NCBI GenBank assembly: GCA_001949185.1
Contig: BDGG01000004.1
Span: forward strand, 3,293,267 to 3,357,266
Reading direction: 5' to 3'
Origin: Ramazzottius varieornatus
Lineage: Eukaryota > Animalia > Tardigrada
Length of the DNA: 64,000 bases
Shown: positions 36,844 to 49,362 of the stretch, piece by piece
Layout of the letters: each line of letters opens with the position of its first letter
How positions within the stretch are numbered: the first letter of the stretch is position 1
The notes under the pieces: model-generated
Seen by the model: the letters and a program-made list of their open reading frames with translations, nothing else
Told to the model about the DNA's origin: nothing
Databases searched by the model: none
Position numbers and translations under genes: made by a program

Positions 36844-38524
36844 CATGAATACTTTTGTGCTTCATTTGTCTGGCGTGCGTAATGGGACAGAAAGCCACCC
36901 TGCAGTTCTTAACCTTGTTTGCTTTGAGTTTTATTTTCATGCCTCGTTGCGATGATCGAGCCTGTCCTGTTTTCCTTCAGGCATCAGGTTTCATCTGTCT
37001 CGTTTTAATTAATCTATCGGCTCAACGGCGTTTGATGGGGTGTTGAAGAATCGCTCTTGTGTCCCGAGACTTCCGGGTTTCTCCTCTTACATCCATTTCG
37101 TTAAAGTGTCCCCGGAGGCTCCTGCCATACGAGATAAAATCAATCCGTAGATCTACTTTTCATTTACATTCTTACCACTTGCGATTTCCCACACTTGCGT
37201 TATTCTGCCTCCTTTCTGGCGAACTTCGCGGAAGGGGCGTAAAAGAGACCTACAGTAGACGCTACTCTTTACCGGTGGAGTTCCCACCTTGAAATTCATT
37301 GAGCCGTGAACTTTGCAGGCTTTCCTTTCCTCCACGTCATGTCCATGCGGGATTATGTGCCCTTGTGATCCATTATTTCCGGTACTAACCATATTGCGCT
37401 CTTCGTGTGTAATTCTGACCTTTTGCAAGTACTTCATCGTGACAGCCACTCAACTTTCTTCATCTTATTGATATCACTGGGCGAATACCACATCCCCGAC
37501 ACATGTCACGCATCAAGACCCATTTGCTCCAAGCCAGGACGACTTTGTCACGTATTTCTCCCAAGGCAGAACCGCCACCCAGTTCATCCAGAAAAACCAG
37601 GTACAACTCAGAGCTCTTTCATCGCTAGATTATGAACACAACTCATGATCTCCATCATATCGGACAATTGCGGTGCGTGGGGAGAAACATCTCATGTTTT
37701 ATCAGTTGCACTTCCATAATGCTGTGCCTTTTTCTCTGCAGAAGCTTCTGGCGACCGTCTTATTAGCAAAGTCAAGAAGACTGGCTCTTTCGGACCATTC
37801 GGCAGATGCCAACGCATTGGGAGCTCAAGTTGCGCGAAGCTGTTCGTAACTTCCGGGTCTCTTCATCCGTCTAGCGTCTTGTTGAGGTCGAGGGGCAATT
37901 GCTGCTTCCTTCGATGGTTGTTCTCCTAACCCTATCTCCTAAAGGTTCTTACTTGTTCCGCTTTTCTTTATAGCTAGGACGGATTTAGCTAATATTTCTT
38001 CGAACGAAGAGCGCTCCAAGATTCTATGAAAGATTTCGGTATCATATATGATGGCAATGTGATAGTCAAGGGAGTTGCGTGGGTTTACGAGGTTCCCGGA
38101 TGGCAAAATAGAAGTATATTTGCACCCGTATCATCTATAATTAATCAGTAATGTGTGCCACATCGTATATAAAGTATCAGTCGTTTCCACCAGCAAGAAC
38201 ACAGCTACAGTGACGTCTTTCTTCTTGCAGCGTCTGGCTAAGGTCACCAGCCCATATGCATCAGTACCACGCACCGACCAAAAGAGGTGGCGCTGTGATC
38301 CTTAACGGGAGAATGTTGTGATCCTGTAAATATCGACCCGTTTCATCTTCGAAAGAAAGCGGTCCGAGCGAGAGCACTGCCCTGTGTCGTTTTTGAAGGA
38401 GAAAGAGCCATCTGCCTGCAAAATAGAGCTCTTGATCGGGACGTACTACGTACATACCACAGCGTACGGCAAATCGATAGGGGTTGAGGATCCTCTAGTT
38501 GGGCCGTACGAGTACGTGTAAAAT

Positions 38525-39758
38525 ATGGATCACTTGATTCCTCCAACACGTTCACATCCGCCTTTATCCAGAGGAAATTATGGATTGCGCGACGCTCCGC
38601 GGCGTACCGTCACCGTTGACACATTTACTACTCGAAAGTGGTCCGCACGAAGGAGACGACAAGCTGCATGGCGAGGCCTCGGACAGCGTTCAACTCTGTC
38701 CTTTAGGTGATTACTTTCCTTTCTTTAACCTCGCTTACGTGAATCAGTTTGTGAGTTCCTCATAGTCTCAGCATGGAAGAGCCAAGTGAAGCCACGACTT
38801 TTATTGGAGTTCCAACAGGAGCGGATCCCAAAGTATGGTTCTTCCTCATATACAGTACCTACGTCTTCTCTGGTTGTCATTTCGTTTGCGGATTCATTAG
38901 CATCGGAGTTGGTAAGTCCGTGCAATACATAACTTCCGTACGACAATTGGGTCCATGAGATTTCTCCCTGGCATAGAAAAACCATCGAGATAGATGGATA
39001 TGTTGGAAGGTTACGTAATCGGATGCCCAGATAGATCACTAGTCTGTCGACACCAGAATGAGCACCTAACCACCTAAACTCTTTGTTCAATTTCCAGGCG
39101 TGATCACCACAATCGCCGCGGAGCAAACCGTCTATGCTCATACGGTATCGCCCATATGGAGTGGTATCGCGGTAAGATGATCTTGCGTGCATTCTTCTCA
39201 TCTTTAGTGCTGCACTGCACGAACTCAACCTCCTAGTGTCCCCCAAATGTTACCGATTTTTTTCTTTCCTTTGCTACATTCAGTTCATCGCTGCCGGATT
39301 CTGTGGCATCAGCGCGGCCCGTAAACGCACTGTGTACATGGTAAGCTCCTGAGAGACGCAGAGGTTCTTTCACGCACACTTCTCCCACTGTAGGCTGTAC
39401 TTCGAACTTCTGTCCGCAGATTCATTTGTTCATCGGGACGGCCGTCTGCGCCCTGATACTGGGGTGCATTAGCATTCAGCTGCTCCGGCTTGGACTGGTG
39501 TATCACACGAGCGACGGTAACACTTATCAAAAGGACACGAAAGATATTTGGATCATCATCGCACTGAGCGACGCTGGAGCAGAAGGCTTCTTTGGTTTGC
39601 TAGGATGCTTTACTAGCTGGAAAATGGCTAGACTTGCCAATGTACCACCGGAGCCCGTCAAAGACGACGGACCATTTAGCATCCAAATCACAAAAGGAGG
39701 AAGCCATTACATGACCACAAACAAGTACACAAACAAGAGAAAGATCTCCAGTTTGTAA
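38525..39758 (+). CDS. TMEM196: TMEM196-like four-pass membrane protein (CD20/MS4A-like fold)
   Basis: Spliced: ..HFVCGFISIGVGVITT..VSPIWSGIAFIAAGFCGISAARKRTVYMIHLFIGTAVCALILGCISIQLLR..GCFTSWKMARLA, matching TMEM196 (SPVWSG..CGI..AKKK..F...SW..RLA). The start may instead be ATG 38773. Confidence 0.75.
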
Positions 39759-39805
39759 CCTTGTGAAACCACATTTTGCCTCATACCAAAATACTTCTTA
39801 TCTGT

Positions 39806-42800
39806 TCATTTCTTCTTCTGTTTGAACTTTTGTTGTTGTACAGCAATCTTGACTGATCCCGGAAAGTTGCGCGACAGGTCTTGGTCCTGCAAAAACGCAT
39901 GTTATGCTGAAATACTACTACACTGCAATATTCTGACGAGACCGTCAAAAGTGTACGATACATGTGACTGTATAAAAATCCACCAACCTTCACGGACTTG
40001 AGAACGTCCCTTTCGGAGGCAGTCAACCCTTTCTCCTTCAGGAAGACTTGAAAGCAGGCCTTCGCGGCTTTTCCTCTCTTCGTTGTCCCCGGAAGCAGTT
40101 TCACCTTAATTTTGTAGTCTTGCATCGCGACATATGGTGCGCAAACGGGGATCCCGTAAAGGATGTTGTCATTCAGAAGGGGATTTCCTACCAGTGAACG
40201 CAAGGTCTGAACGTCCTACAAGCCAACCAGTCATCATGTCAGCAAACAAACAAATATTAATTTTCACCTAACCATTAGATCGAAAGTACCTCTAGAAGCG
40301 GTGCGGCAACATCTTCGTCGTCGTCCTCGTCCAGGTTCTCCTTCGCTCCATCTGGAGAAAATGTAAACTTAGAAACTTTGAACATCGTTTCACTGAATAT
40401 CAACACCTGAATGGTTGCAAAACAGCGGCCTATTCTATCGAGCAAAATACGGCGTACCAAAGAACTCACCTTGAGCTGAATCTTCTGGCTGTTCGTTCTT
40501 TACAGGTTCGTCAGGCTGCACTTCGAAATCGACGACTTCAATCTGAGGACCATCTGTCTCAGAAACTTCTGGCTTTTCATCTTGAGGATCAGCAGTATCG
40601 TCGCTCTTTACAAGTTCTTCCTTTGCACCCTTCTTCGACTTCTTCGCTGGTTTAGCCGGAAGTCCTTGATGTCCCTGATGTCCTTCATGTTTCTGCGCGT
40701 AGCTTTTCGAGCTAGGTCGTAAATTTTTTTTGCCCTTCTTCTTATAGTTCGCCCAGTCTTCTTCGTCCGAATTCAGCGGTTCCTTCTCAGCTTCCGCATT
40801 CTTCTGCTTCTGATGATTCGGTTTCACGTTATTCTTACCGGCGTTGTCAGGTCTAGCATCTTTGTCTGGTATTACTTCGGCAGGTTTTAGTTTCTGAGTT
40901 GGAGCTTTCGGCGTGTAACCCGACGGAGTCGCCCCAATCACCGTATTTTCTTCCGCATCTCCCTCACTCCTGATAACCTTAGACACTAAAGACTTCAAGA
41001 AACCCCAATCGTTATCTTCCGTGTCCGGATAGGAAGGCTGCGCATCGATTTTCGGTGCTCCTTCTACCGGAGCAACTCCCGCATCGTCATCGTCTAACTC
41101 CAACACCACATCCTCATCGTCCCCTATATCCGCCTCGTTTCCTGCCGACTCGAGATCCTTACCATCAGTCGCCTGACTCTCACGATTCTTGACTGACTCG
41201 TCGTCAATTCGGAAAATGAATCCGAAACCATACACCATCGTTAACGGAGGCAGGAAGTTCTTCTTGCCTCGAATCATGAAACTACCGGTACCCAGGTATT
41301 CTCCACTGGGAGCGGTTTTCGAGACCTGATGACTAAAGACCCACCAGGCTCGAGACGGTACCTTCGCTTCCCAAGAGTTACTGTAAGCGATAGCCATGAC
41401 GGCAGCTTCGTTGAGGGTCTTCGGTGGAGGAGCCTCACCTACAAGACAAACTCAACTTTACGTAACCGGAGAGCAATAGCTAATTCGTTGTAGAGTAGTT
41501 GGAATAGACTTACCCGTGGGGTTCTTGACGATGACGCTACTGGCTCCATGAAGGTCTGCGTGGACGTAAAAGTCATGGGTCTTCAGGTACTTCTTAACCA
41601 GCATTTCGTTCTGCTGTGCATCGCGACCTCCGATCACCAGCAGCTTCTCCGAGCTGATGAACCACAAGAACTTCTCGAACCAGTGCGTCTTACGAGCTTT
41701 GGTAATGGTGCCGATCGTGGCCACGTCTTTCAAAGCTTGTTTGGTTTTCTTTTCCGCGTTCTTCAGGGCCATTTCCGATGCTTCAACAGTCTTCATTTCC
41801 TTCGCGGCTGCTTGCTTCTTCACTGTGTGCAACTACAACAGATGACATCGCCTAGAATTATTCACTATATTCAGAAAACTAACCATCTCAATCCAAAATG
41901 GCAGTCGGGAAAAATTCATAAAATTCGAACAAGTAAATTAGTAATAAAACTGAAAGAAACTTACTCGTGAGACGTTCTGAAAAGCAGACTGGCTCAGGTC
42001 GATATCTACTCTGATAATATCGTCCTTCATTTCGTCGTCTTCTTCGTCGTCGCTTCCTTCATAGCGTCTATTCTCCAACAGAATCGTCACGCTGTTATTC
42101 GCTATGTCGGCTTTCAAAACATGTTCGGCCACCTCGTCCCCTCGCTCCCGTCGTCGTTCTAGCAGTTCCGCTACATCTGGCCAGGTCAGTTTAGCGGCCA
42201 TCAGAGTTCGCATGTAGACGATGATCTTGTCGACGAGGTCCACGTTCTGTTCGATCAGCAAAGCCTGCAAACGTTCCTTATCTTGAGTACGACGTAGCGC
42301 ATCCAGTCGACGCTCGTGATCTCGATGGACGTTCTCCAGCTTCTTCAGGGCCAGCTTTTGCTGTTCCATTATGCTCACATCGACGCGCTGCTTCTCGATG
42401 TTGGAGAAGAACTCGTCGACAGCGTTGAGGAAGGAAGGCTTCTCGATGACTTGAGCGTCCTTCAACTGAGCGAACCGGAAGGAATGAAACTCGTCGTAGA
42501 TGATCGGCTGCTGTTCGGCTGTTGTAATGGCGGGTTGCTCTTTGCAAACGATGTAGCCTGAAAAAGATACATCACGACGTCAAACAGTGAAACAACACCA
42601 ACAAGGAAGAAACGTACCTTTCGATGTTACGCGAGACGCGTCTTTGTAGATAGCCTCCGCCACTTTCAAAGCATCGATGACTTTTGGAATCAACGGTTCT
42701 ATATTGGAATCTTTTGCCACTTTCTGACTTCCGGTCAAGCCGGCAGACAGTAGCCCGTGCTCCACCAGGGCGGCACCGAAGAACAAGTGGCTAGCGAGTA

Positions 42801-43424
42801 CCTTCTTTAACTGCTCCTTGGTTTTCACTTCGGAGAACCATGTTCGGACCTCCTCCTCCCCAGGTAGCTCTGTCCACTGCTTAGCCACTTCCATCGGGTA
42901 CTTCTCGTGGACGACATAGCGAACATCGGTGTCTTGATCCGTGCGAGGACGAAGAATGTTAAGGACGTTGTATTCGTGGTCGGTAAGGATGATGTTACCG
43001 CGATCGTACAGCTCCAATATGACGTGATAGGCAGCTTCGCGACTTCCAAACTTCATGTCCACAATACGATCCACCCCAACCTATAAGCAGCCATCTTCTG
43101 CATACCAGCTTTCTTCAGTACTGTAGTTCGTATGAAATTCTAACTAACCTGTTTTATTTCTTCCAGTCGTCGATTTCGGATGTGTTTGCGCAGCTTCATG
43201 GAGAAGCCAGATGGTGAAGCATTCTTCGGCCATTCGTAGTCGGTGGTGTGGATCCGTATTCCCGACTCGATCAACAGGACCACTTTCGTTTCGGGTTTGG
43301 CAAACTTGAAGAGGTAGCTTTTGTGATCGACATCGTACACGTTCGTCACGCGCAGACCTACGAGGTTGGCTTGTAGCTCCTGCACCGCGGCGACAATGTC
43401 GATATTGGTGAATCGAGCCTTCAT
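39806..43424 (-). CDS. NEMF: Ribosome quality control factor NEMF (Rqc2/Caliban)
   Basis: [119 protein letters not shown]...KVKLLPG..KRGKA. Last exon [17 protein letters not shown]. Confidence 0.97.
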
Positions 43425-43770
43425 TGTGGCGGGTGGCCTGCAGCTCCTCCAAATGTCCCGACCTACGGAGAATCAGAATGAAGGTTCTAATCGTGAGAAA
43501 TCAGAACTCCGACTTCGAGAGTCAGCTACTCAGCTTAATCGCAATCTGGGACAGATTGTCATGTACATGACACACCTCGTAGACACCAAACTTCGGTGCG
43601 GTTGATTTCTTAGCCCAAATTTGATTGAAAAAGTTTCCACCTGAAATTTTCGCCACGTTTCCAAAACCACAACAAAAGCAGTTCGTGCCATCTTTGTTTG
43701 CGGATTCCGATTTCCTTCTCGGTGCTTCTGCCGTGTGGGCGCTAAGGAACCGCTCCAAAATCTCTGTGTC
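43425..43770. promoter_or_regulatory. Putative bidirectional promoter NEMF/golgin-84
   Basis: 346 bp between divergent ATGs, with a perfect 16-bp palindrome TGTCATGTACATGACA at 43557-43572. Confidence 0.6.
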
Positions 43771-46259
43771 ATGTCGTGGATTCAGGGATTGGCTGGGAAA
43801 GCTGAAGGATTGCTGCAGCGAATGGACCAGACAGCTGCAGACACTCTGCAGCAGACTGCTGGAGAAGCATCACCCTCCGCAAGCCATCGCTCTGACGGAC
43901 ATCGTGACTCGTTGAGTACCGGAGGGCGAACAAGAAGATCTGGATCAAATGCTTCTAGCGTACCGGACTACACCAGCAGTGCAAGCAAGCATCTTCTCCA
44001 AGATGAAACATTCGACTACACAAACGGTTTGTCACCTCGCAATGTACGGAGGATTGCCAGCCATCATGATATTGAAAGCAGGGACAAATCGGATATACGC
44101 CAAGGCTCCGCCGCAGCGACTTCTCGTCTCTCGAAGCAGCGTTCATCATTCAACACGCTGGAGCAGCCGGAGATGCCTGATCTCCTAACGGCCAGTGCTA
44201 CGCCTTTGCCTTCAACTACTTCCGGTTCATCCTGGGGTAATTAGCTATAATATGTACATTATGTAATTGTCTTTTACTGTCCACCGTGATATGAACCAGT
44301 CGGAACTCGGAACGATTGGGGTTGAGGTGCTGCCCGGCTAAAGGGCGCTTATTGTTTAGGACATACTCGAACAAGCTCCACGGACACCTCGTCACAGTCG
44401 CTCATTCGTCAGGCGTCGGGTACGACGCAGTTAACGGAGGAAGCGCAGCGGGAGAATACTTTACTGAAGAGCGAGCTGCAGGCGCAAGCAAGGGAGCTAT
44501 CTTCAGCGCTGGCTCGAGCCAAACGCGCAGAACAAGGTATTGAAACAGTTTCAGATACTTTAGTAATGTTGCAAAATGAATTTTTGACACGGTGTCACTG
44601 CAGATTCTCAGAAGCTCATGAACCAGCTGTCCACGGAAAGACAGAAGTTCGCTGCAGAGAACGATCTACGGGAGCAAGATTTTCTGAACGCTTTACAGTC
44701 GAAAGACGACCTGTTGAATATTCTGCGGGCTCGCATTGACACGGCCGAACGTAATGCGAAGGAGTCGATGGGTCAGGGAAACGCAGAAAGGCTGGAAAGG
44801 TAGGATGCACCGTAGCGCTGTCAGTACTTCAGTTCTTTGACCACACTTTCTCCCGAACAGCACACGGAACACTCTCGAGCTGAACACGAAGACCGAACAG
44901 CTGAACGAAGCGCTGCAAAAGGTGTCAGACCTCCAGGAAGCCTACGAGGAGGAAAAAGCTCGAAACGTTGTAGACCATGTGAGCCCGATGAATATTACAC
45001 CCATTTATGTCCTCCCGTTTTGCAAATAAGTGGAACTGTGTTCTTTCTGTAGGAACGTACCACCACCAGACTACGAATCCTCGAGGAGCAGAACCACCAG
45101 TACTTAACTTCTATCGCTTCCTTGGAACGTTCAGCTTTACAGGAAAAAGGTGGGTCCACTGTTGCAAATCTTTCGGTCTAACCCACATTCATGCTCTGAA
45201 TCGAAAATCGTTGTTGTTGATGGTTGCAGCTGCCGTAGATAGTTTGAGGAACCAGCTTGCGCACTCTGTGAAAAACTGTGAACTGGCACAGCAGGAACTC
45301 GTGGAGTACAGACGGAAAGCCAACAAGATCTTACAGGTCGACCACTCTTGCTACCTCAAACCTTTTGCCATGTCGTTCACATCCTTCATTTTTTCTTCGT
45401 TCAGGCGAAAGACGATATCATAAGCTCGCTGAAAAGCGGAAGTACGAATGGGGAAGCTCCTGCCGAGAATACTGTGACAGAGTCCACAGAGGTCGAGAAC
45501 GAGCGCAATATGCTCAGAGAGGAAGTACAAAGCCTTGCAGAAAGGGCCGAGTCTCTGTCGAAACAATGGCGAGAACAACAGAACGCCAGCGAGCAAACTG
45601 TTTCCCAACTTCGTGAATCACTGTTAAACGCCCAAGCAGCCTTAGCACTTGAGTCAGAACGCAGAAGAGACCTGCAGGTGTCCATCAATTCGTACGAGGA
45701 TGAACTGAGAAACACGAAAACAGATTTCACAAAGAAAGAGCTAACCTTAACACAGAGAATCAAAGATCGCGAGGAAGAACTCCAGCGCGTCAGAGCTCAG
45801 ATGTTCAGTCGGCCACAGACGGTGTCTTCGGACGGAGAGATGGAAACGCGTATGCGAGTTTTAACGGAGAACCTCATCCAGAAACAGTCTGTGATTGATA
45901 CACTCAATTCCGAGAAGAGTTCCTTGTTCGCCACTGTGGAACGACTAGAACGCCGGTTACGGGAATCGAGACATGATCGCCAAACGACTATAAGAATGGA
46001 CGAGACTGCGGAAGCACTGCAGAACCGCAACCCGAGGTTGCTGACGGAGAATGAAGGAGACATGGAAGTCACTCGACGTTTGAAGAGAGCCTACTCAGCT
46101 GTCGACCGTTTCAGTTTTCAGCTGGGGAGTTTTCTGCGGCGGTATCCTTTAGCAAGAATTTTAGTACTTGGCTACATGATTTTGTTACATTTCTGGGTTT
46201 TAGTCGTATTGTTAACATACACTCCTGAAGTACACAGCCACGAACCCGTGAAAAAGTGA
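43771..46259 (+). CDS. GOLGA5: Golgin-84 (golgin subfamily A member 5)
   Basis: N-terminal MSWIQGLAGKAEGLLQRMDQ, coiled coil, EYRRKANKILQ, LTENLIQKQ..EKSSL, C-terminal VDRFSFQLGSFLRRYPLARILVLGYMILLHFWVLVVLLTYTPEVH (tail anchor). Confidence 0.96.
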
Positions 46260-46941
46260 GCGGTCAGGGGCTCTTGGTTTGTCCTTTCGGCAACAGCATC
46301 CGTAACAGCAAGAGCAATCTGTTCCTACGGTCTGTACCTTTCTGTATATTTTGCCCTAAAAAACTTACTACGCTACCAGCTTGATGTCAAAATTTCAATA
46401 CTGTCGTTTGAGGTTCCTGTTTCATCCAAAAGTCACCGAAGTTGCTGATTTTCGTTGGCTCATGGCGGTACCCTGCGAGGCTGCGATCCGCTCTGAGTAC
46501 CGCTTTGAGGTCGGAGAGAATGGCGACGTGCAGAAACGGTGTGAGACAGTTCTATTGAAAACGCCTTCTCCGTTGTGGTATGTGGATCGAGTTCGATGGA
46601 CCGGTTTCCCATCATCAATGATCTCATTCTGAAACTTGTCACGGTTCGTTCCGGAATGGATCCTGTAAACAACAAAGGAGGGATGACCGCTGTCCGTTTC
46701 TTGTGTTGGTTTCCCGCCAGTCACAAACTGCGACAGCCGTAGCCACGCCACGCCCCCAGCCAGCCTTCCAGTTGGTCAGACCGAAGCTGGACAGATTTCA
46801 ATTCTCAAAATTTTTAATGGCACTCAGCCGCACTCTTCATCATTCGAAAGCTTGTGAGATCATCTTTGTCATTGCCGATAGCAGGGGATTACTCGTTGCC
46901 GTGATATCCCTTATTTTCTAGGCTAATATTCCTTCCACAGG

Positions 46942-48846
46942 ATGAGCTGTACTAAGGAGATGTCCCGCCTGAGTTTCTTGTGGTCTTCTGTCCTACTCAG
47001 CTGTTCGGTAACGGGAGTCTTCGCGGAAGTGATTGACGGTAAGAGAGCAATCTTTCCCTTTCCGTATCCATCTCCCATTAGCATTCTCGTGTTCGTCTAG
47101 ATGACATCCATGGGCTTTCTCCGTACTTTCCTGACCACAAGCCCTACTTCAATAGTTCTTCATTCCGCAACACCAGCCTGAACTACCACATCAACACCAA
47201 TCCGTCCAATCAAGACAGCAAGCAGATCAAGGATGAAGATGTCGTCGCCAAACTACGCTTTCACATCGTATTGACCAACGATACCCTACACAATCCAGCC
47301 ATGAAAGAAGAGCACAAGGAGGAGCACAATGAGAAGCACGACGAGAAGAGCTATTACACGGTCAGTACGACTTCCGAGTCTCCGTACTATCCACCTCCCG
47401 TCTGGGCTTTGGCCACCAAGCTACCTGTCAAAGTCGAGGAGCATCATTCTTCTGCTGTTCATTACAAAAAAGAGCCACCCTACCATGAGCTGTATGAAGG
47501 ACTTTCGGAGCAATACTACGGGCAGAAAGTGGAAGAGAAGAAAGAGGAGAGGACCACGCCGACGTCGACTCGTGCGCTACTTTACTATACCACTCCACAT
47601 CCTGGTACGAAGAGTAGCTCAACAGCTTACCCAACGACTTACCAAACGACCACCTATCCTACAAGCTCAGCTCACACCACTACTACAACGCAGGTGTACA
47701 AGACTGGAGCCAACAAGGTCGTTGTTGATTTGATTAAGACCGAAGACGACAAGGAGGAAGCGATGGTGTACGGTAAGGCCCGAAAGCAGGAAAGTGAGAA
47801 GAAAGTGGCCATTAAGCAAGAGTATCAGAAACCTGAAGGTCCTAGACTGGGCACTCTGAAGGCCAAGTTCGAGATCCACGACCATCACGACATGCCTTTG
47901 GACGAGTACGACGACTGGATCATGGAGAGACCTGTCATTGTCAAGATAGGTAAGTTATTCAGAAACTAAATTCGATTTGATAAACTCAATCAAGTCAATC
48001 AACCTGATTCGTTTGATTCGTCAATACTATGGTCCAAACTAATTCTTCGCCATTTTCTGATTAGTCCCAGGTAGTTCCGGCGAGGTTGAAAGGATGGACA
48101 ACGTTATCACAACGACAGCTCCTGAGCATTCACGACAGCAGCCTGCTCGTCGCGCACCCGAGCAGCCATCTTCGATCGGACCGGAAGTGGACCTTCGTGA
48201 CGTTCTCGCCAGGATTCGTTTTCATATCTTCCGTATTAACGAGATCTTGCAGGTTGTTCCGGAACAGGTTGGGAGTACCGGGAGTAACCCAGAACCTCCT
48301 GCTCGAATCGTGACGGAAGTCGGTTCGCCAGCAAGCGCCAACCAGGAAGGTCCTTCCGCTTCTTCGTACTACGAGCCACCGAAAGACGCGCCTTACGTAA
48401 AGCAGAAGACTCAGCAGTACGTTCCGACTTCTACTCTTGCCGTTTACCAGCCGCCGCAGTACATCCCGACTACCACGCTTCGTCCTCCCGTCTACCAAGC
48501 ACAACAGTACGCACCACCGAAGCCGTACGCGCCGCCAGTCGTCCTGGGCGACAACGACAACGTTCCCTCGTATTCGGTGCCAGTACAGTACGTGCCCAGT
48601 CCTTTCATGTACAATTCACCTGCTAAGCTGTCGGTTCTCCCTCCTCGTCCTGCTGCTAACGGCGCTCCTCTCGTACAGGCAAAGCCAGTTCCGTCCACCT
48701 ATGTCCAACCGGTAACCCGGCCTCCGTATGAACGGCATGTACTGAGCAAGGAACGGACCGCTGATCCCTACGACCCAGCGGCCATGCAGTTCTATCGGGA
48801 AGTAACCAACTCCATCGATTATAGCGACTACGAAGACGCAGAGTGA
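46942..48846 (+). CDS. Uncharacterised secreted low-complexity (Pro/Tyr/Thr/Glu-rich) protein, ~575 aa, possibly cuticular/extracellular matrix
   Basis: Three exons (46942-47038, 47101-47949, 48065-48846) join in phase. Signal-peptide-like MSRLSFLWSSVLLSCSVTGVFA, coding-like codon usage, no recognised domain. Confidence 0.8.
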
Positions 48847-49362
48847 TGTGGACTGGTGACTCTTTTCAAGTTTTTGCTAGACTTCTGTATTCGATTTTGA
48901 GACCTTTTGTGTTCGTTTTGATATTTTATTCTAATTTATGGGCCTTGTATATTTCTGCTGGCCACGGCTCGCATTCGGTCGGAGCCACAGTGAAGTGTGT
49001 GATCTTTTTATCCACACACCGGTAAAATTTTCCCCGTGTTTTTATTCAGATGTTTTTATTCAGTCTTGAGATTTCTTTTAGAAATTCTACCGTGTAAAAT
49101 AAAAACGTCTAAGTCTCCACGGAGAAACGCCCTCTGCTGATCAGCTTCGATTATGACATCTAACATTACGTTACTTACCAGAAAGCGGCAGGTCATGTCA
49201 GCATAACATTATTATTTCATAAGTCAGCTCTTCTGCTGCTTGCAAGTTGCAACTTTACGAACTTCCCCATTCCACTCTTTCTGGGTCCTTTCGACTTTCA
49301 GTTTCATTTAACAAGTGACGGAAGAACCAGATGAACGGACTCTCTGTCATAGTGTTACCAGA

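Noticed and set aside
36844-38524. Assorted ORFs and splice-like signals upstream of the TMEM196-like gene
   Set aside because: No coherent or recognisable protein; most simply 5' UTR exons and promoter.
46381-46921. ORFs on both strands between golgin-84 and the secreted protein gene
   Set aside because: No homology or coding-like composition; consistent with 3' UTR and promoter.
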